From NCBI GenBank assembly GCA_028534125.1, contig CM052816.1:85376001-85440000 (forward strand): DNA of 64,000 nt. Reading direction: 5' to 3'. Below the pieces are notes generated by a model. It did not search any database. It was not told the origin of the DNA and saw only the letters and a program-made list of their open reading frames with translations. This document shows positions 38,964 through 52,162 of the stretch, in pieces; position 1 is the stretch's first letter; the number at the start of each line of letters is the position of its first letter. Made by a program: the position numbers and the translations under genes. The DNA is from Lama glama (lineage: Eukaryota).

Positions 38964-39851
38964 AGGTCCTCAGACTGATGGGTCTGGGTCAGGGACAGAA
39001 TCAAGTAGGGCTAGAGCCAGGTCACAGGGCTGTTACCAGGGTCTGCAGTAAGGTCTGCAGTTGGCAGCTTGTACCCAGAGGTGTGATTGGGCACAGTTCT
39101 GCTGGAGCCCCAGGTGGATGAGATGGCCTCTGGGAACACAGGGCCAGGTCAGAGGACCACTTCTAGAATTGCAATCAAATCTACAGACAGTGGGCTTGGG
39201 GCCAGGGGAATAATGAATGTGGCTCCTTCTGGGACCCTGAACAGGCTTCTGCTGAGTCCCTGGCCATGCAGGACTGCCTCTAAGACTCTGACGGCATAGG
39301 GCAGGAGCCGGGTGACAAGGCCGCTTCAGGATCTGGGGTTAGGTCTACAGCCATGAGGTCTGTTGCCAGGGATGTGAAATGGTGTGATTATTCCTGGGTC
39401 CTCTGGTGGATGGGGGTAGTTGCAGACTACAGCCTAGTGGGACTGCAGCCAAGTTCATAGGGAAATGAGGCTGCTTCCTGTCTGAAGGCAGGGCCCCGGT
39501 GTAAAGCCTGCCACAGGGCCACAGGCTTGCTTCTTCAAAGCATCTCTCCTTCTTCTTGGGCTTCATTGGGGTTTTGCACCTTCCTACCTGGATCCGAAAG
39601 CTCACACCAAGGCACTTTTATCCGTGGATAGCTATCATATTATTGTTTATGTGGGGGAACACAAGTTGAGGACCTCAATCCAGGGTTGGTTGAATCCAAG
39701 GATGTGGAACCCATGGATAAGAAGGGACAACTGTACTGCACCACTGACTTGAGCATCTGTTGATTTTGGCATCCATGGAGGGAGTCCTGTGACCAATCCC
39801 CCTCAGATACCAAGGAAGGACTATATTCTGCCCTTCACTGACATCACTCCC
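38964..39851 (-). mobile_element. L1M-type 5' UTR (GC-rich), interrupted near its terminus by a Tigger fragment
   Basis: Repetitive GC-rich units ('gggccaggtcagagg', 'gcaggactgcctc'), then 'cacttttatccgtggatagct...gtgggggaacacaagttgaggacctc' and terminal 'ttctgcccttcactgacatcactccc'. Confidence 0.65.
39676..39823 (+). mobile_element. Tigger2a/MER2-family right end with internal second TIR
   Basis: 'ggttggttgaatcc...gtggaacccatggataagaagggacaactg|ta', then 'gacttgagcatc...accaatccccctcagataccaaggaaggacta|ta'. Confidence 0.8.
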
Positions 39852-40914
39852 TAGAAAGAGCATTTTCATCTACTCAGAATATGTAGTTGAATTTTGAAGT
39901 TAATTGTTACAGATTTTTCTAAAGAAAATAAAGAACACCTTAGAAAACACATTAATAATTTCCAAAATTCCCACATCTGCAGATAGATTCTTGCTCTTTC
40001 CCTTTAATAATGCTGAAAAAAATTATCACTCAAATTTTTAGCTTGAGTTTTTCATTATTTGGACATGAATGAACATGTCCAAGCACATTTGTTATTAACG
40101 TGGAATGGTTTCTTAGGTTTTTCTGTTATTATATTAATTTACATTTAGATTGATGGGCCTTTGAGAACACTGAGGGAAAAACTATTCTCATGAGGAACTA
40201 ATTTACTACACATCACTTGCAATAAAATTATACTTGCAGAAAGCTGGTTTCATCTATCTATATTGTTTGTTCTTTGAGCCATCATCAAGGAGAAGTGACA
40301 CTTTCTTCTTTCGCCTAATTAATCTATATTATATTAGGTATAAAGTATACTATTTAACACCCCAAGAGAAAAGAGAGTATTGTGATATTAAGACTTCTAT
40401 TTCATTCAGAACCTAATGTCATGAATCACTTTATAACTTTCTAAAATACTGGAAAAATAAATATCATGTGAATAATAAATTTAGGATAAAAGTATAAGCA
40501 GAAGTAGTAAAACAAAGCAAATTTACACACCTAAGTAACCAACATCACTGTTTTAACTGAACTTCAGTTACTTTGAATTACAAACTAAAATAGAAAACAG
40601 TAAAATTAAAATTTTTCCATTATTGAATCCAAAACCATTCTCATGTAGAATTTATATATTATTATCAGAGATAATTCAGAAAGTGAAATAATTTCTGTGG
40701 GAAGCACTGACAAATACCAAAGGATTGTGCAGTGAAGGCATTTTCTACAATGGATGCAAAAACACATTCCACTATGCTCTTTTTTTTTTTTTCTATAAGA
40801 CCACTGTTAATGATGGGCATGAAACATTAAGCATAACTGAGTGAAGTAATTCTGCAAGGTGCTGGAATTATACAGACCAGATGTGTAGCCTTCTGGTGAT
40901 GAAACCTAATTCAA

Positions 40915-41440
40915 AGATATAATTTAGAGTAGGAATAAGTATGTATAACAGTTCTATCTCTGAACAGACCCTGGAGTCATTTCCACATACATGCACAAAT
41001 TAGCCTGTATAAAGATAATTACTGTAGAAATGTTTGCAAAAACAACAGAAATTATAAAATAACACAAATGTATATATATTATGAACTGGGTAAATCATAA
41101 TTGTATATTCTATGAAGTATTTTATATAAACAAATTAGTAAATAATGTAGTCAATATATTAATTTATCAAAACACAGTATTGAGAAAAAATAGTAAGAAG
41201 CAGGAAAGAAATTAATACTATTTACATACATTAATGAAGTACAACTATAAAATTACAGTTTTTTTTTATAGGTCATGATGATCAACTATTGGCAATTTAG
41301 AATGGTTCAAACTAACATATTTAATGCATAAAAATGTACATGTTTGTAAAATCTTTTAAAATAAATATGCACCCCAATCAAAATAGCTACTACTGAGGTT
41401 GAGATTGGAGGGCAATATATCAGAAGGTAAATCTTAAAGT
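40915..41440 (+). mobile_element. Old L1 (L1ME-type) 3' fragment
   Basis: 'aaagataattactgtagaaatgtttgcaaaaac...aacacaaatgtat...gaactgggtaaatcataattgtatattc'. Confidence 0.55.
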
Positions 41441-42694
41441 GCACATTGACTATGTCATGCGGTGTTTTCAAATATCATTTTTACAACAGAGAGTATGGGC
41501 GAACTATTTCTTATAAGACTATGTTTAACGCACACATTCTAGTTGCTAATTATGTCTGACACAAATGTATACAGGTTAAGTCAATTAACCGTTATTAATC
41601 CTAAACTCTGAATAAAAATCTTTAAAATCTTAGCAACAATAAACTAGAGAAATAATAAGTGAAAGAAACAAACAATAAAAAAAACTTTTAGTAGTAGAAA
41701 AGATAGTAAATAGAGTGTGACATAAAAATGGGAAAAATATAGGATTTAGGAAAGACATGGAAAATAAAACTGAACTAAAAACTCAGGAAAGCATTCCATA
41801 TGCTATATATCTTCAAGATATATATATGAACAATCAGTATTAGCCACACAAACTAACCCACAAAAAATAAAAATAACACACCCAAAAAAGATATATTCAT
41901 TAGGATTAACTGTCTTTCAACATAATTATAACTTGCAACAAACTAAAGTGTGGTAATCATACATGAAAATAAAGGCTTCACATTTTCAGGAATATAAATC
42001 AAACTTTTAACTTCTTTTTCAGTAAATTACATCCTTTCAAATCAATTTTTATTTTATCAATCATTCAATATTTGATTCTTTAAAACATTCTCACAGCATT
42101 CTTTTTCAAACAATTATGAGGTGGAATATTTGTGTTTACCTGATTTCTTTGGTTTGTTTTTTGAGATCAAATGTGAGGATTTCTATCACAGATATCTGAG
42201 TCTAACTTACTCTTTAAGAAAATATTCTATGGCCATAAGGTTTAAAAGTAATATTAGAAGCTATAAAGTAGGTTTATTGATGCAATACGGGGCTATGTCC
42301 CTCTTCCTATTTTCTATGAATTTCTCAGATTTGTTTTCAGATACTAGAACTTTAGGATTTAATTTAAAATTGTAGTAAACACTAAACAATGACAACTGAA
42401 GTTCTATTACCATTATAAACTCTCTATTGCTGAAATCAACATTTATTCACAGAAATTTAAAACTTCAGTATAGGTTTTATTCTTAATTATTGGATAGGTA
42501 TTTCAAATATACTTCAAGTATAAACATACGAACTTACTAACCCATTGTCTTCCAGCATTAAGCCAACTATTTTTCTAAAACCAGATCATTTTATTTTTAT
42601 AGAGGCCATAAAGTGTGATCAATTTTTTTTAATATGAGTGATAACCCAAGAATAATTTAAAAGTCCTTTGTTGCTACTTTGTCTCCTTTGCTTC

Positions 42695-42855
42695 TAATGA
42701 CCACAATCAAGCTAATTAATATATCCCTCAACTCACGTATTTACCCTCCCTTCTTTGGTGAAGAGAACAATTGAGATCCATTCTCTCAGCAAATTTCAAG
42801 TGTACAATACAATATTACTACCTGTGGTCACCATGCTGTACATGAAGTCCTAGTA
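42695..42855 (-). mobile_element. L1 3' UTR fragment
   Basis: 'cacaatcaagctaattaatatatcc...ctctcagcaaatttcaagtgtacaatacaatattactacctgtggtcaccatgctgtaca'. Confidence 0.85.
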
Positions 42856-43139
42856 ATCATTTGATTATCTCACACATGATTTAATTAAGCTATCATTTTT
42901 TTTTTAGTACTTCTCATGTTCATAATTTGGGGTTTAGATTATGTATGTACACTTGCATGTAGATGACTGTGTTTCTCAGTATTTCAATATTGAACAATTC
43001 ATAAATTACATACAAATTTGAAATATATCAATAATATATTTTTAAGATTATGGTATACCATATGATTTAATTTTATCCTTATCTGAAACACACATTTAGT
43101 CATGTAAATTACTGTCAGTCTAAAGATAAAATTTTCACG

Positions 43140-43635
43140 TAGAGTGTAGTGACTATCTGTCATGTTTCTCACTACAGCAGGTTGAACACCCTTAGTTATA
43201 ACTGGAAAATTCCCAACCTTATGATCGTGCACATCAAAGTAAAACTCAGAATAGAAATTCCTAGAATCACTGTCAGACTTGGGAAAGAAGACTCTTAAAT
43301 CAGAAACAGCACAAGCTTAAGCCTGGAAACGAGCCAAGTGGTAAGAGGTTTCATGACACTTGTTTGGGGTGATGGTCAAATATCAGGTCTTGATGGCAGC
43401 TGGGATGACACTCTGGCATTCCGTTGATTTCAAGATTGAGTCTTTGACAAAGAAATAGCTTCCACTGGAAAATAGCTGTAGTATTGTCTTTGGCTTCTTT
43501 TAATACATGTTTTTAGACAGTTCCCGAAAATGGTTCTCTATTCCTCACAACAACGCAAACTACCTAATATCCTTTTAGTGAATCTGTTTTCACTTATTCA
43601 TGCAGAGCCAGCTTCTGTTGCTTGTAACTAAGACT
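43140..43635 (+). mobile_element. Old MaLR LTR (MLT1H/J/K-like)
   Basis: Ends with the MLT1 terminus 'gagccagcttctgttgcttgtaactaaga'; the 5' boundary is approximate. Confidence 0.55.
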
Positions 43636-43899
43636 TGTGCATGAAACAGAAAAATCTCCTATCTATTAAAAAACTGTTTGCCTGAGCCATAAGTGACAGA
43701 AAATCTGACAGTATCTTGTAAATGGTTCTTTTTTTCTTCCCAGAATGTTTTAAGTTATCCAGAAGGAGATCACTGCATTGATTCAAACACTCAAAGCTGA
43801 CAGGAGAATTCTTCACTTCTCTTATCCTTTTTCTGTGGGGCCACAGGTTGATTGTTACACATACAACCATTAAGACAGATTTCCTGCAGTAACAGAGGT

Positions 43900-44100
43900 T
43901 TAAAAATTAACGCAAGGGCAACAGGAGACAGGCACCGTAGGGCCACACAACTTAGCAGAATTTTCCAATAGACTCGTGCGTGTACCTAATTGGCTCGGTC
44001 ACAGGGCCACCATAACTGCAGGATAGACCAAGGACTGTAGTTTTATAGCTGAGGTATTGCTGCATCAAATAAAATTGGGATTGGTTTTAAAGAAGAATTG
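43900..44100 (-). mobile_element. MLT1K/L-like LTR fragment
   Basis: 'attggctcggtcacagggccaccataactgcagg...ctgtagtttt...attgctgcatcaaataaaattggg'. Confidence 0.65.
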
Positions 44101-44104
44101 GTCT

Positions 44105-44600
44105 GACTATATCATTCAGGATCATATGCAGATAATGGCAAACCCTCTAGCTACTTTACACTAAAGACTATTTACGTAATACAGAGAAATTTACATTTAT
44201 AATAATCACCAAAACTAGAGGAACAGGTATAACCTTCTTTTTAAAGATGTCTTTTAAGCAATATCCATACAAACAGAAGTAACCCAGCAAACGATGTGCT
44301 GCCTCTGCCTCAGTCAGAAAGCAGCTAACCTGAGTCACCCTGGTTACAATCTTGGCATCCAGAAGTCACTGCTGTGAATGTAGGGTCCAACTTCACACTG
44401 CTCCAGCCCTAATAAATAGGTCTCAAACATTCTCCAGCCATCTTGCTCGAACGGTCCTGAATTCAAATCTTATGTGGAACCAAATGAGATAGAACCAAAA
44501 TCACAATCACAAAGACTCTCTGAAGAGTTGTTTAGAAAATGTGATTTTTAACTTTTAAGCCTCCACTGTCTAGGAGGATGTGCCACAAAATGTGACCATG
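44105..44600 (-). mobile_element. Old MaLR LTR (MLT1M/N-like)
   Basis: 'cattcaggatcatatgcagataatggcaaaccctctagctactttac' ... 'aaatgtgatttttaacttttaagcctccactg'. Confidence 0.5.
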
Positions 44601-44759
44601 TCTACTACAATGTGTAAAAGTAAAATTACATTTCAATAAGTATTTTTACCTGCCATTCAATTACATCTTGGAAAAGATCAACTGGCATTATCACTCTTTG
44701 AAATTATAGAGATTGATACTAGAGTTAAGCTAGAAAACAATCTGCTGTCTCTGTTTCCA

Positions 44760-45460
44760 AGACTTTGCAATGTAGTTCATTCTCCCTTGATAAAGCCTTG
44801 CCTGGGCTACCAGTGAATTCTTCTGATTAATTCCCTCTTTCTTCCTTCCTTCCTTCAAATCCATCCTCTATACAGTAACGAGAGAGGAAAGAAAGTAAAT
44901 GTTAAAAATTTAATTTTACTCTTCTGCTCAGAATTCTCCAGTGGTCCCTTGTCATTACAGTATTAACACTGAGTTCTCAACTGAGCATGAGATTCTGCCA
45001 ACCTCCTTCCTACCAACATGACTTGCTTTACCTCTGACAGCTCTGTCAAACACTTTATATTCTAATCTTAGACATCTTGCAGTTCTCTACACAAACTTCT
45101 TTGTTTCCCAAATCCATAAATGTACTTCGGTGGTGCCTTACCTGTCTCAGATTCTCTCCCAGCTACATTCTGTTCCTCTCTTAAGGTACAGCAGTGCCAT
45201 CACAGTCTACCAGACACCTGTACATGTATGATAGCCTCTTGCTTTTCTCTCTTTCTCCTCTTCACCTTAATATTTCCCAATACTCTGAATATATCTATCA
45301 CTGTACCTGCCGCACTTTGTTTTAATTATCTTTCCAGGAAACTTGTCTTTTCTATGACATTATGAGTTAGTTGAAGAATGGATTTATGCTCACTTATGTG
45401 TTGCTGACCTGCTCCTCATGCCTGATCTTTGCAAGCCATCAAGAAATGCTTAAGAGAGAA
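44760..45460 (+). mobile_element. L2 3' region fragments
   Basis: 'ccttcaaatccatcctctatacagtaac', 'ctcttctgctcagaattctccagtggtccct'. Confidence 0.65.
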
Positions 45461-45491
45461 AGCAAAATCAAATAATAAAGACTACCTACAG

Positions 45492-45936
45492 AGATCATCA
45501 TTCTAAGTAAAATAAGCCAGAAAGAGAAAGAAAAATACCATGTGATATCACTCATATGTGAAATCTTAAAAAAAAAAAAAAGAAACAAAAAGAAAGAAGA
45601 CACTAATGAACTCATCTACAAAACAGAAGCAGACTCGCAGACATAGTAAACAATCTTATGATTACCAAGGGAAAGAGGGTAGGAAGGGGTAAATTTGGGA
45701 GTTTGAGATTTGCAAATGTTAACCACCATATATAAAAAAAAGATAAAAATAAATTTCTACTGCATAGCACTGGAAACTATATTCAGTATCTTGTAATAAC
45801 CTTTAATGAAAAAGAATATGAAAACAAATATATGGATATATATGCATGACTGGGACATTAAGCTGTACACTAGGAACTGACACATTGTAAGTGACTATAT
45901 ATACTTATATAAAATTTTTTTTTAATCTGAAAAACA
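45492..45936 (+). mobile_element. 5'-truncated cetartiodactyl-type L1 with 15-bp TSD
   Basis: 'agatcatcattctaagtaaaataagccagaaagagaaag...ctactgcatagcactggaaactatattcagtatcttg'. TSD aaagactacctacag (45477-45491) / aaagactaccttcag (45937-45951). Confidence 0.92.
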
Positions 45937-47402
45937 AAAGACTACCTTCAGTAAACATATGGCTTACTAATTTTAAAGAAAAGATTTTCCCTAAGTATTG
46001 TTTGATCTTTTTTTTTAAATGAAGGTTACCTGGAATAAACTTGGTAATTAAAATCAATGATTCAGACATAGGTAAAAGTTTAGTTCAACTTTTTAAAAAT
46101 TATTCATAAGTACTCATACATGAAGCATCAGTTGAATAAGCTAAATATGGTTTAATAGCTTGTATTTAAAATGTACTTTTTATGTCTTTAGTAACAGATA
46201 ATTCTAAAGAATTTTTTTTAAACAATCAAAAGACAAAATTTTCAGGACAAAGTTTAGACCTGATTTTACAACTAAAATTTATTAGATGCTAGAGTTACAT
46301 TCTGTGTAAGTAGCATAAAGTCTTCTACTGAGAATAATTACCTTTTAAAAGATTACAACTTCTTTATTTGTACTTTTTAATTGCACTTTTAAAATTACAA
46401 ACCTTGCTTATTTTCTTTAGAGACAAAAATTAATGTAACTAATTCTTTACTTAAAGTTTTCCAGAAATAACAAATGAGGAAGGAGGCCCTCCCGTGTGAT
46501 TAGTTACACTCTTTGCAAGATCTCTATGATTAACTATCTCACAAAAATCACTTGTCTTCATTAATTAGGAATAAGCTTTCTCCTTATCTTCTAAATTCAG
46601 TTAAAAGTAAAATGAAGTGCAATATCTGTATGGACTTACGGCTGCTTTTAGAAAATGTTCTCCAACAAAAAAATAACTGCTCAGAGGTTTTTTAATATAC
46701 TAGCAGGTTACTTTAATTCATGATTTTGAAAATTGATCTTTAAAAAATTAATCTGATAAATTGTCACTGCAATAGTGGAGATTTTTTAAAAATCCACTAA
46801 CAAGATATCTCAATATGGAATTTCACGTGGGGCAATCAGCAATGATTTTCATTCGAATACCACTTAAAATCTTCTCCCAAGGAAAGGAACTGTGTCCACA
46901 TTTTTGGCAATCAAAGCTTAGGGATAGCTCTCATTTAAGACTTTTCTATGGTCCTGTAGATTTTCAGTACTGGTTGCTTTTCCCTGAGCATTAGAATTCT
47001 GGACTCTGAAGGCTGGGGTAAAAGCTTAGTATAAATGTAATTGAGTTTTTAAAGGTTTCTCTAAAGTTCAGCAGGGATTTAAAATGAAGAATTTCAAGCC
47101 TGCCTGGCTATAAATAAAATATGTTCTTTAATGTTGAAACCAAGCACTTTTTTTTCCCTGTCAGCAGAAGGAAAAAAAAAATCATCACTGGATAAAAATG
47201 AAATATGACTGATAAGTCAAAATAGTTTTCATCCTTGTCTTGATGTTTTGTTACTAGAGGTCAAAGTTCTTATCATATTACTTCCATTTTCCTTTTATCT
47301 TTGGGACTGGAGAGAATAGGTGGGAACCAGATTAAACTAACTCAATTAGGAAATTTTTTCAATTATACAGCTCACAATGAAATGGTGGAAAGAAAAAAAT
47401 AA

Positions 47403-47462
47403 ATACACACACATATACAATGTGTGTATACATACACATGTATACACATATATGCATATATG
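47403..47462. repeat. Mixed (CA)/(TA) microsatellite
   Basis: Direct reading. Confidence 0.75.
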
Positions 47463-48239
47463 TTTAATAGCTGCTGTATCATTATTCCTTATTATGTAAC
47501 AGACATATTCAAATATTAAAATCAGCAGAATACGGCTGTTTAAGAAACAGAAAATAACATCCTACACAACAATAAAAAGGCAAGGTACATGTAATAGTAG
47601 AGAAATATTTATAATGTTTATGATTAAATGAAGAATATAGAACTTTTAAAAGACTTAAATAGCTTTATGGGAAGAATTTAGAGAAAATTAGGGTAAATGG
47701 TCATTATAGTTATAGTTTTATGTTAACTCACTTTATATTAAAAGTAGAAAATAAAGGTACCAGAACTCTTCTACTGTGCCAATTTTATAGTACAAAATTA
47801 TACTGATTTTTTAGAAGTTAGGAACATTACTGAGCATTGGTTTCTGTTGTACAGGGACAATCATATCAATACAAAACATTCTCTTGTATAGAATGTATCT
47901 TGCATAAAATATGCTGACTCAATTCTGTGTCAAGAAGTCATTTCTCCATTAATGCTAAAGAATGGATATGCTGTTGGAAGATCATTTTTAAAAATCATTT
48001 TGTTATTTTCTTACTTATTCAATGAGCTAAGACTCCTGATGGCTCAACTATTCTGCTTACTTTCACGATTATGTTGTGTATCTGTAGCTTCCTTATCCAT
48101 TGTGTTAATGGGAAAGTGCACTGCTAACAGATAATGCCTTCTTATAGGCAGAATTTAGTTAAGTTCTAAACATTTTAATTATTTAGTTCATTGACTGTCC
48201 CACCATGAATTGATTCTTGATATAGCTACTAAAGAATAG

Positions 48240-49230
48240 AATTTTTAAAAAAGAAAATGTAGAATAAAAATATAAACCTAGCAGTGCAAAGCAAATGAGA
48301 GCTGTACTGAAAACTGAGAGCTGTACTAAACCTAGTATGAATTCAGTGCACATTAAAGAATTAGAAAAAAGATGATTAGGAAGTTGTATAACAATATGTA
48401 GATTGTGGTAAAAGACAATTAGAAGTCCATTTCACTTATGAATATTGATTTAACTGAGTTCTTGCATATTCAAAACTATGCATTCTGAATTTAACAGTAT
48501 ATTGAATAATAAAACATTATGGTCAAGTAACATCTATCCTTTAAACACAAGGTTCTTCAGAAAACTTAAGAATATAAATCAGAAAATTAATAGATAGGAG
48601 ACAATCAAAATTATCTTACATGATGCAAATTATTTTATGAATTTCAACACTTATGATTTAAAATATTTATTAAAAACTGGAAGATAATTGTTTAATGTGT
48701 TAATAATTACATACAAAAAATGACATTAATGATATTTTAATATATTGGATGCATTTTTTTTTGAGAGCAATATAAGAGTCTCCACTATCACTGAATTATT
48801 TGCATTGGAGGAACTGGCAAGAAAAAGGAAAGGAAGGAAGGAAGGAGGGAAGGAAGGAAAGAAGGAAGAAAAAGAAAGGAAGGAAGGAAGGAAAGAGAGA
48901 AAAAAAGAAAAAAGATATGGTGAAGATTAGAATAGGAGGGATGCACTGTTTTTATTTGCTAATGATAGCATCTTAATTAGAAAATGGACAGACTTAAGAA
49001 ACAAACTAATTAAACAAAAGAACTTGCCAAATTTCCAAATAAAGCATGAGATTGCAAATGTCAACAGCACATCTCTAACCAACTAGGAAATTTAAATTTC
49101 AAAACATACCACCAACTATCAGGAAGAACCATAAGTGTATAATAATTAACTTAGGCAGGAATACAGAAGGTTCTTATAAAAATGTTCAAATTCTAGTACA
49201 AACATTATGATATGCTTTAATAGAGAAATA
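48240..49230 (+). mobile_element. Decayed L1 ORF2 (RT region) with (GGAA)n tract at about 48818-48912
   Basis: 'ccatttcacttatgaatattgat', 'ttattttatgaatttcaacacttatga', 'tttatttgctaatgatagcatc' (decayed LFADD region). Confidence 0.6.
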
Positions 49231-49479
49231 CTCTAAAGGCCTAATATAAATAGGAAACCATGTTACCAGAAACGTAACCCACATGCAGAAAGAACATTTA
49301 TGTTGTACCATGTCTCTACAGCCTTGCTGTGTCATCTAAAAACCGGGGAGAGGATGAGGAACTAGGAAACACTTGTTAAGGTCAAAACCTTAAGACACAA
49401 GCCCAGCAAAATACTGAGAATTAATCATATAATCGTGGAATACTTCTGCTCCCCAGTTCCTATCTTACTACCACATCCA

Positions 49480-50870
49480 CAATGATAATACCAATTCTCC
49501 AGTCTCCTTCAGGAAACAGAATTAGAAGGAACACTTCCTAACTTATTCTACTAAGTCAATATTCCCTTATACGAAACCAGAAAAAAGACAGTAAAAGAAA
49601 GAAAAACTACAGATTAATATCTCTCATTAATAATGTAAATTTCTTCAACAAAATATGATCAAATGCTATCCAAATAATGTACAAAAAGAATTATTCACTA
49701 AGACCAGATGGAATTTCTTTCAGCTTTGTGTGACTGATTTAATATTTAGAAATCAATCAAGTGATCCACTACATCAATAGACTAAAGGAGAAAAATCATG
49801 TGATCATATCAATTGAGGCCAAAAAAGCATTTCATAAAATGAAACATCCACTTATGTTAAAAAATCAACAATAAAACCTCTTAACAAGCAGAAGAGAAGA
49901 GAGAACTTTTTCAACTTAATAAAGATAATCTATAAAACCCTGCAGCCAAACATTATCCTTAGCGGTGAGAAACTGAACACTTTCCCCCTAAGATCAGTGC
50001 TAAGGCAAGTGGCTAGATACTCTCTTACCAACTCTATTCATATTGTGCTGGAGTCCCAGATAATGTCATAAAATAAGAAAGTGAAATTCTTATTTGAAGA
50101 TGACATAGTTGTCTGTATAGTAAATCTCAAAGAATTGACAAAAAATTCTTGGAATTTCAGGCAAGTGTACCAAGTTCACATGATTCAAGATTAATATACA
50201 AAACCTAATGCTTTCCTATATAATAGCAATAAAATTTGAATTTGGAAAATATCACAATCATATTTATTTTAAAAATAAGTGCTTAAATATAACTGACAGA
50301 ATTTGTAGTAGAAAACTATAAAACTCTAATAAAAAACGAAAAAGATCTAAACAAATGGAGAGATATTCATGTTATGTACTGGAAGACTCAACATTGTTAA
50401 GATATCAGTTATTCCTAACTTATCTATGGATTCAATATAATCCCAATCAAAATCTCACCTAGCTATTTACAGATGTTGACAAACTGATTCTAAATTTATA
50501 CAAAAAGCCATGAGACCTAACTACCCAACACAATGCTGAGGAAGAAGAATGAAGTTCCCGGACTCACACTACCTGATTTCATTGACTAATTATAAAGTTA
50601 CACTGTCAAACAGTGTGGTATTGGCAAAGAAGCAGACCCAAGATCAATATAACAAAAGATACAGCCAATTATCTGACTCAACAAGATGGTCCGTAACAGA
50701 GAAGCAAAAGCAAATCTTTGAAGAAAGAGGGTCTTTTCAAGAAATTTTGCTGGAATAATAAGCATCTATGTTTTATGCCAAAACGTAAACTTAAGCCTGA
50801 ACCTTAGTTACACCATTCTCAAAAATTAACTCAAAATGGACTATAGACCTAAATATAAAATGCTAAACTT
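49480..50870 (+). mobile_element. L1 ORF2 reverse-transcriptase region, disrupted
   Basis: Decayed coding motifs: 'ggaacacttcctaacttattcta' (GTLPNLF), 'gaaaaactacagattaatatctctcatt' (ENYRPISLM-like), 'aattgaggccaaaaaagcatttcataaa' (IDAEKAFDK-like), 'ttatttgaagatgacata' (LFADD-like). Confidence 0.9.
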
Positions 50871-51339
50871 GTCTAAATTTTGCCCTTTTTTAGAAGTTGC
50901 TCTGATTCTCATTTACATTAATAAAAAGTGCCTTTGAATTTTTTACCACAAAGCACTATAGATTAAATTGTTTTTAAAAATCAAGTTCATATCAGTTGAG
51001 TAAAATAGTGGACTATAATTTATGTTCAAAAGGCACGATGGTTTCACAAAAATCAATCCCCTCATTATTTCAGAATTACATATAAATTTCAAGTTTATCA
51101 AAATATAGCATTCTCTGCTTTTAAACATCAGTTTAATAAATTATGAATAAGTGTATTAAGTACAAATTGCAGCACTTTTGATTAGGCAACCTTAATTATG
51201 TACAGTTATTTTTAAGGTGGCAAATATAGTATTATTTATATAAAAGTGTATGCATATACGGACTAAACAAGATTAATCTTAATAGGTAGAAATAAATAAA
51301 AAAGGCATTTAACCAGAATAAGGTAAGGTTTAAATATCA

Positions 51340-51880
51340 ATGATTAGAGTTGCAGCATGATGGTCATGAATGGACACAAAGATCAATGGAGTAGAATGAA
51401 AAATCCAGGACTAAGTAAAGTTAAGCCATTTTGGAAATTTAAGGAATGTTAATCCAATGCAGAAAAAAAAAAAAGAAGAACATTCAGTAACATGTAATTT
51501 GACAACTAATTAACTATATGCAAAAGTAAAAAATAAAATTATATCCATATCCCACACTGCACACTGGCATGAACTCTAATGAATCAAATATGTAATTGAT
51601 AAAAGGGAAAAAGTACTAGAAGAAACTATGTAGGAATTCCTCATTTTTTTGGATGTAGATTTTGATGAATTTGTTTAAATTTGATGATTCAAAAAATAGA
51701 GTAATAGCATATTAGAAGAAAAGAAATCCACATTTTAAAAATGTAAATAGGCAAATGTAGATTACTCTGGGGAACAGGAAGGACCTAGAAAAGGATGTGA
51801 GAGCAGCTAGACTTTAAATTTTGTACTCATTGTCACTTTGGCTTTTCATTTTCATATGTGTATTTTGCTTTATCACAATT
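51340..51880 (+). mobile_element. Old L1 fragments
   Basis: 'atggacacaaagatcaatggagtagaatgaaaaatccag', 'tccatatcccacactgcacac'. Confidence 0.55.
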
Positions 51881-52162
51881 CAAATTGCTAGTGAAGATCG
51901 TGCAAAGACCACATAGAATACAATGGTAGAGATAAAAATTGTGAAAAAATCACAATTCATACTTTGGAATCAACAATATTGTTTGGATTGTTTGTCTAGA
52001 TAATCTTTTAAAACCAGATATGGCCTATAGATCTCAGTTCATGGGTATAGCCTGCTTGATTAAAGACTGCCAGTAGCTGAATTGAAAAAATTTCTAACAG
52101 TGTTTTCAGATTATTAAGGAAGCAAATAGGAGAATTTATCTATCTTCTAGGCTTTGAAAGAG

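Noticed and set aside
38964..39660. CpG-island promoter or GC-rich coding exon
   Set aside because: CpG-poor despite high GC, and better explained as an L1 5' UTR.
48745..48930. Lys/Glu/Arg-rich ORF
   Set aside because: It is the translation of a (GGAA)n simple repeat inside a decayed L1.
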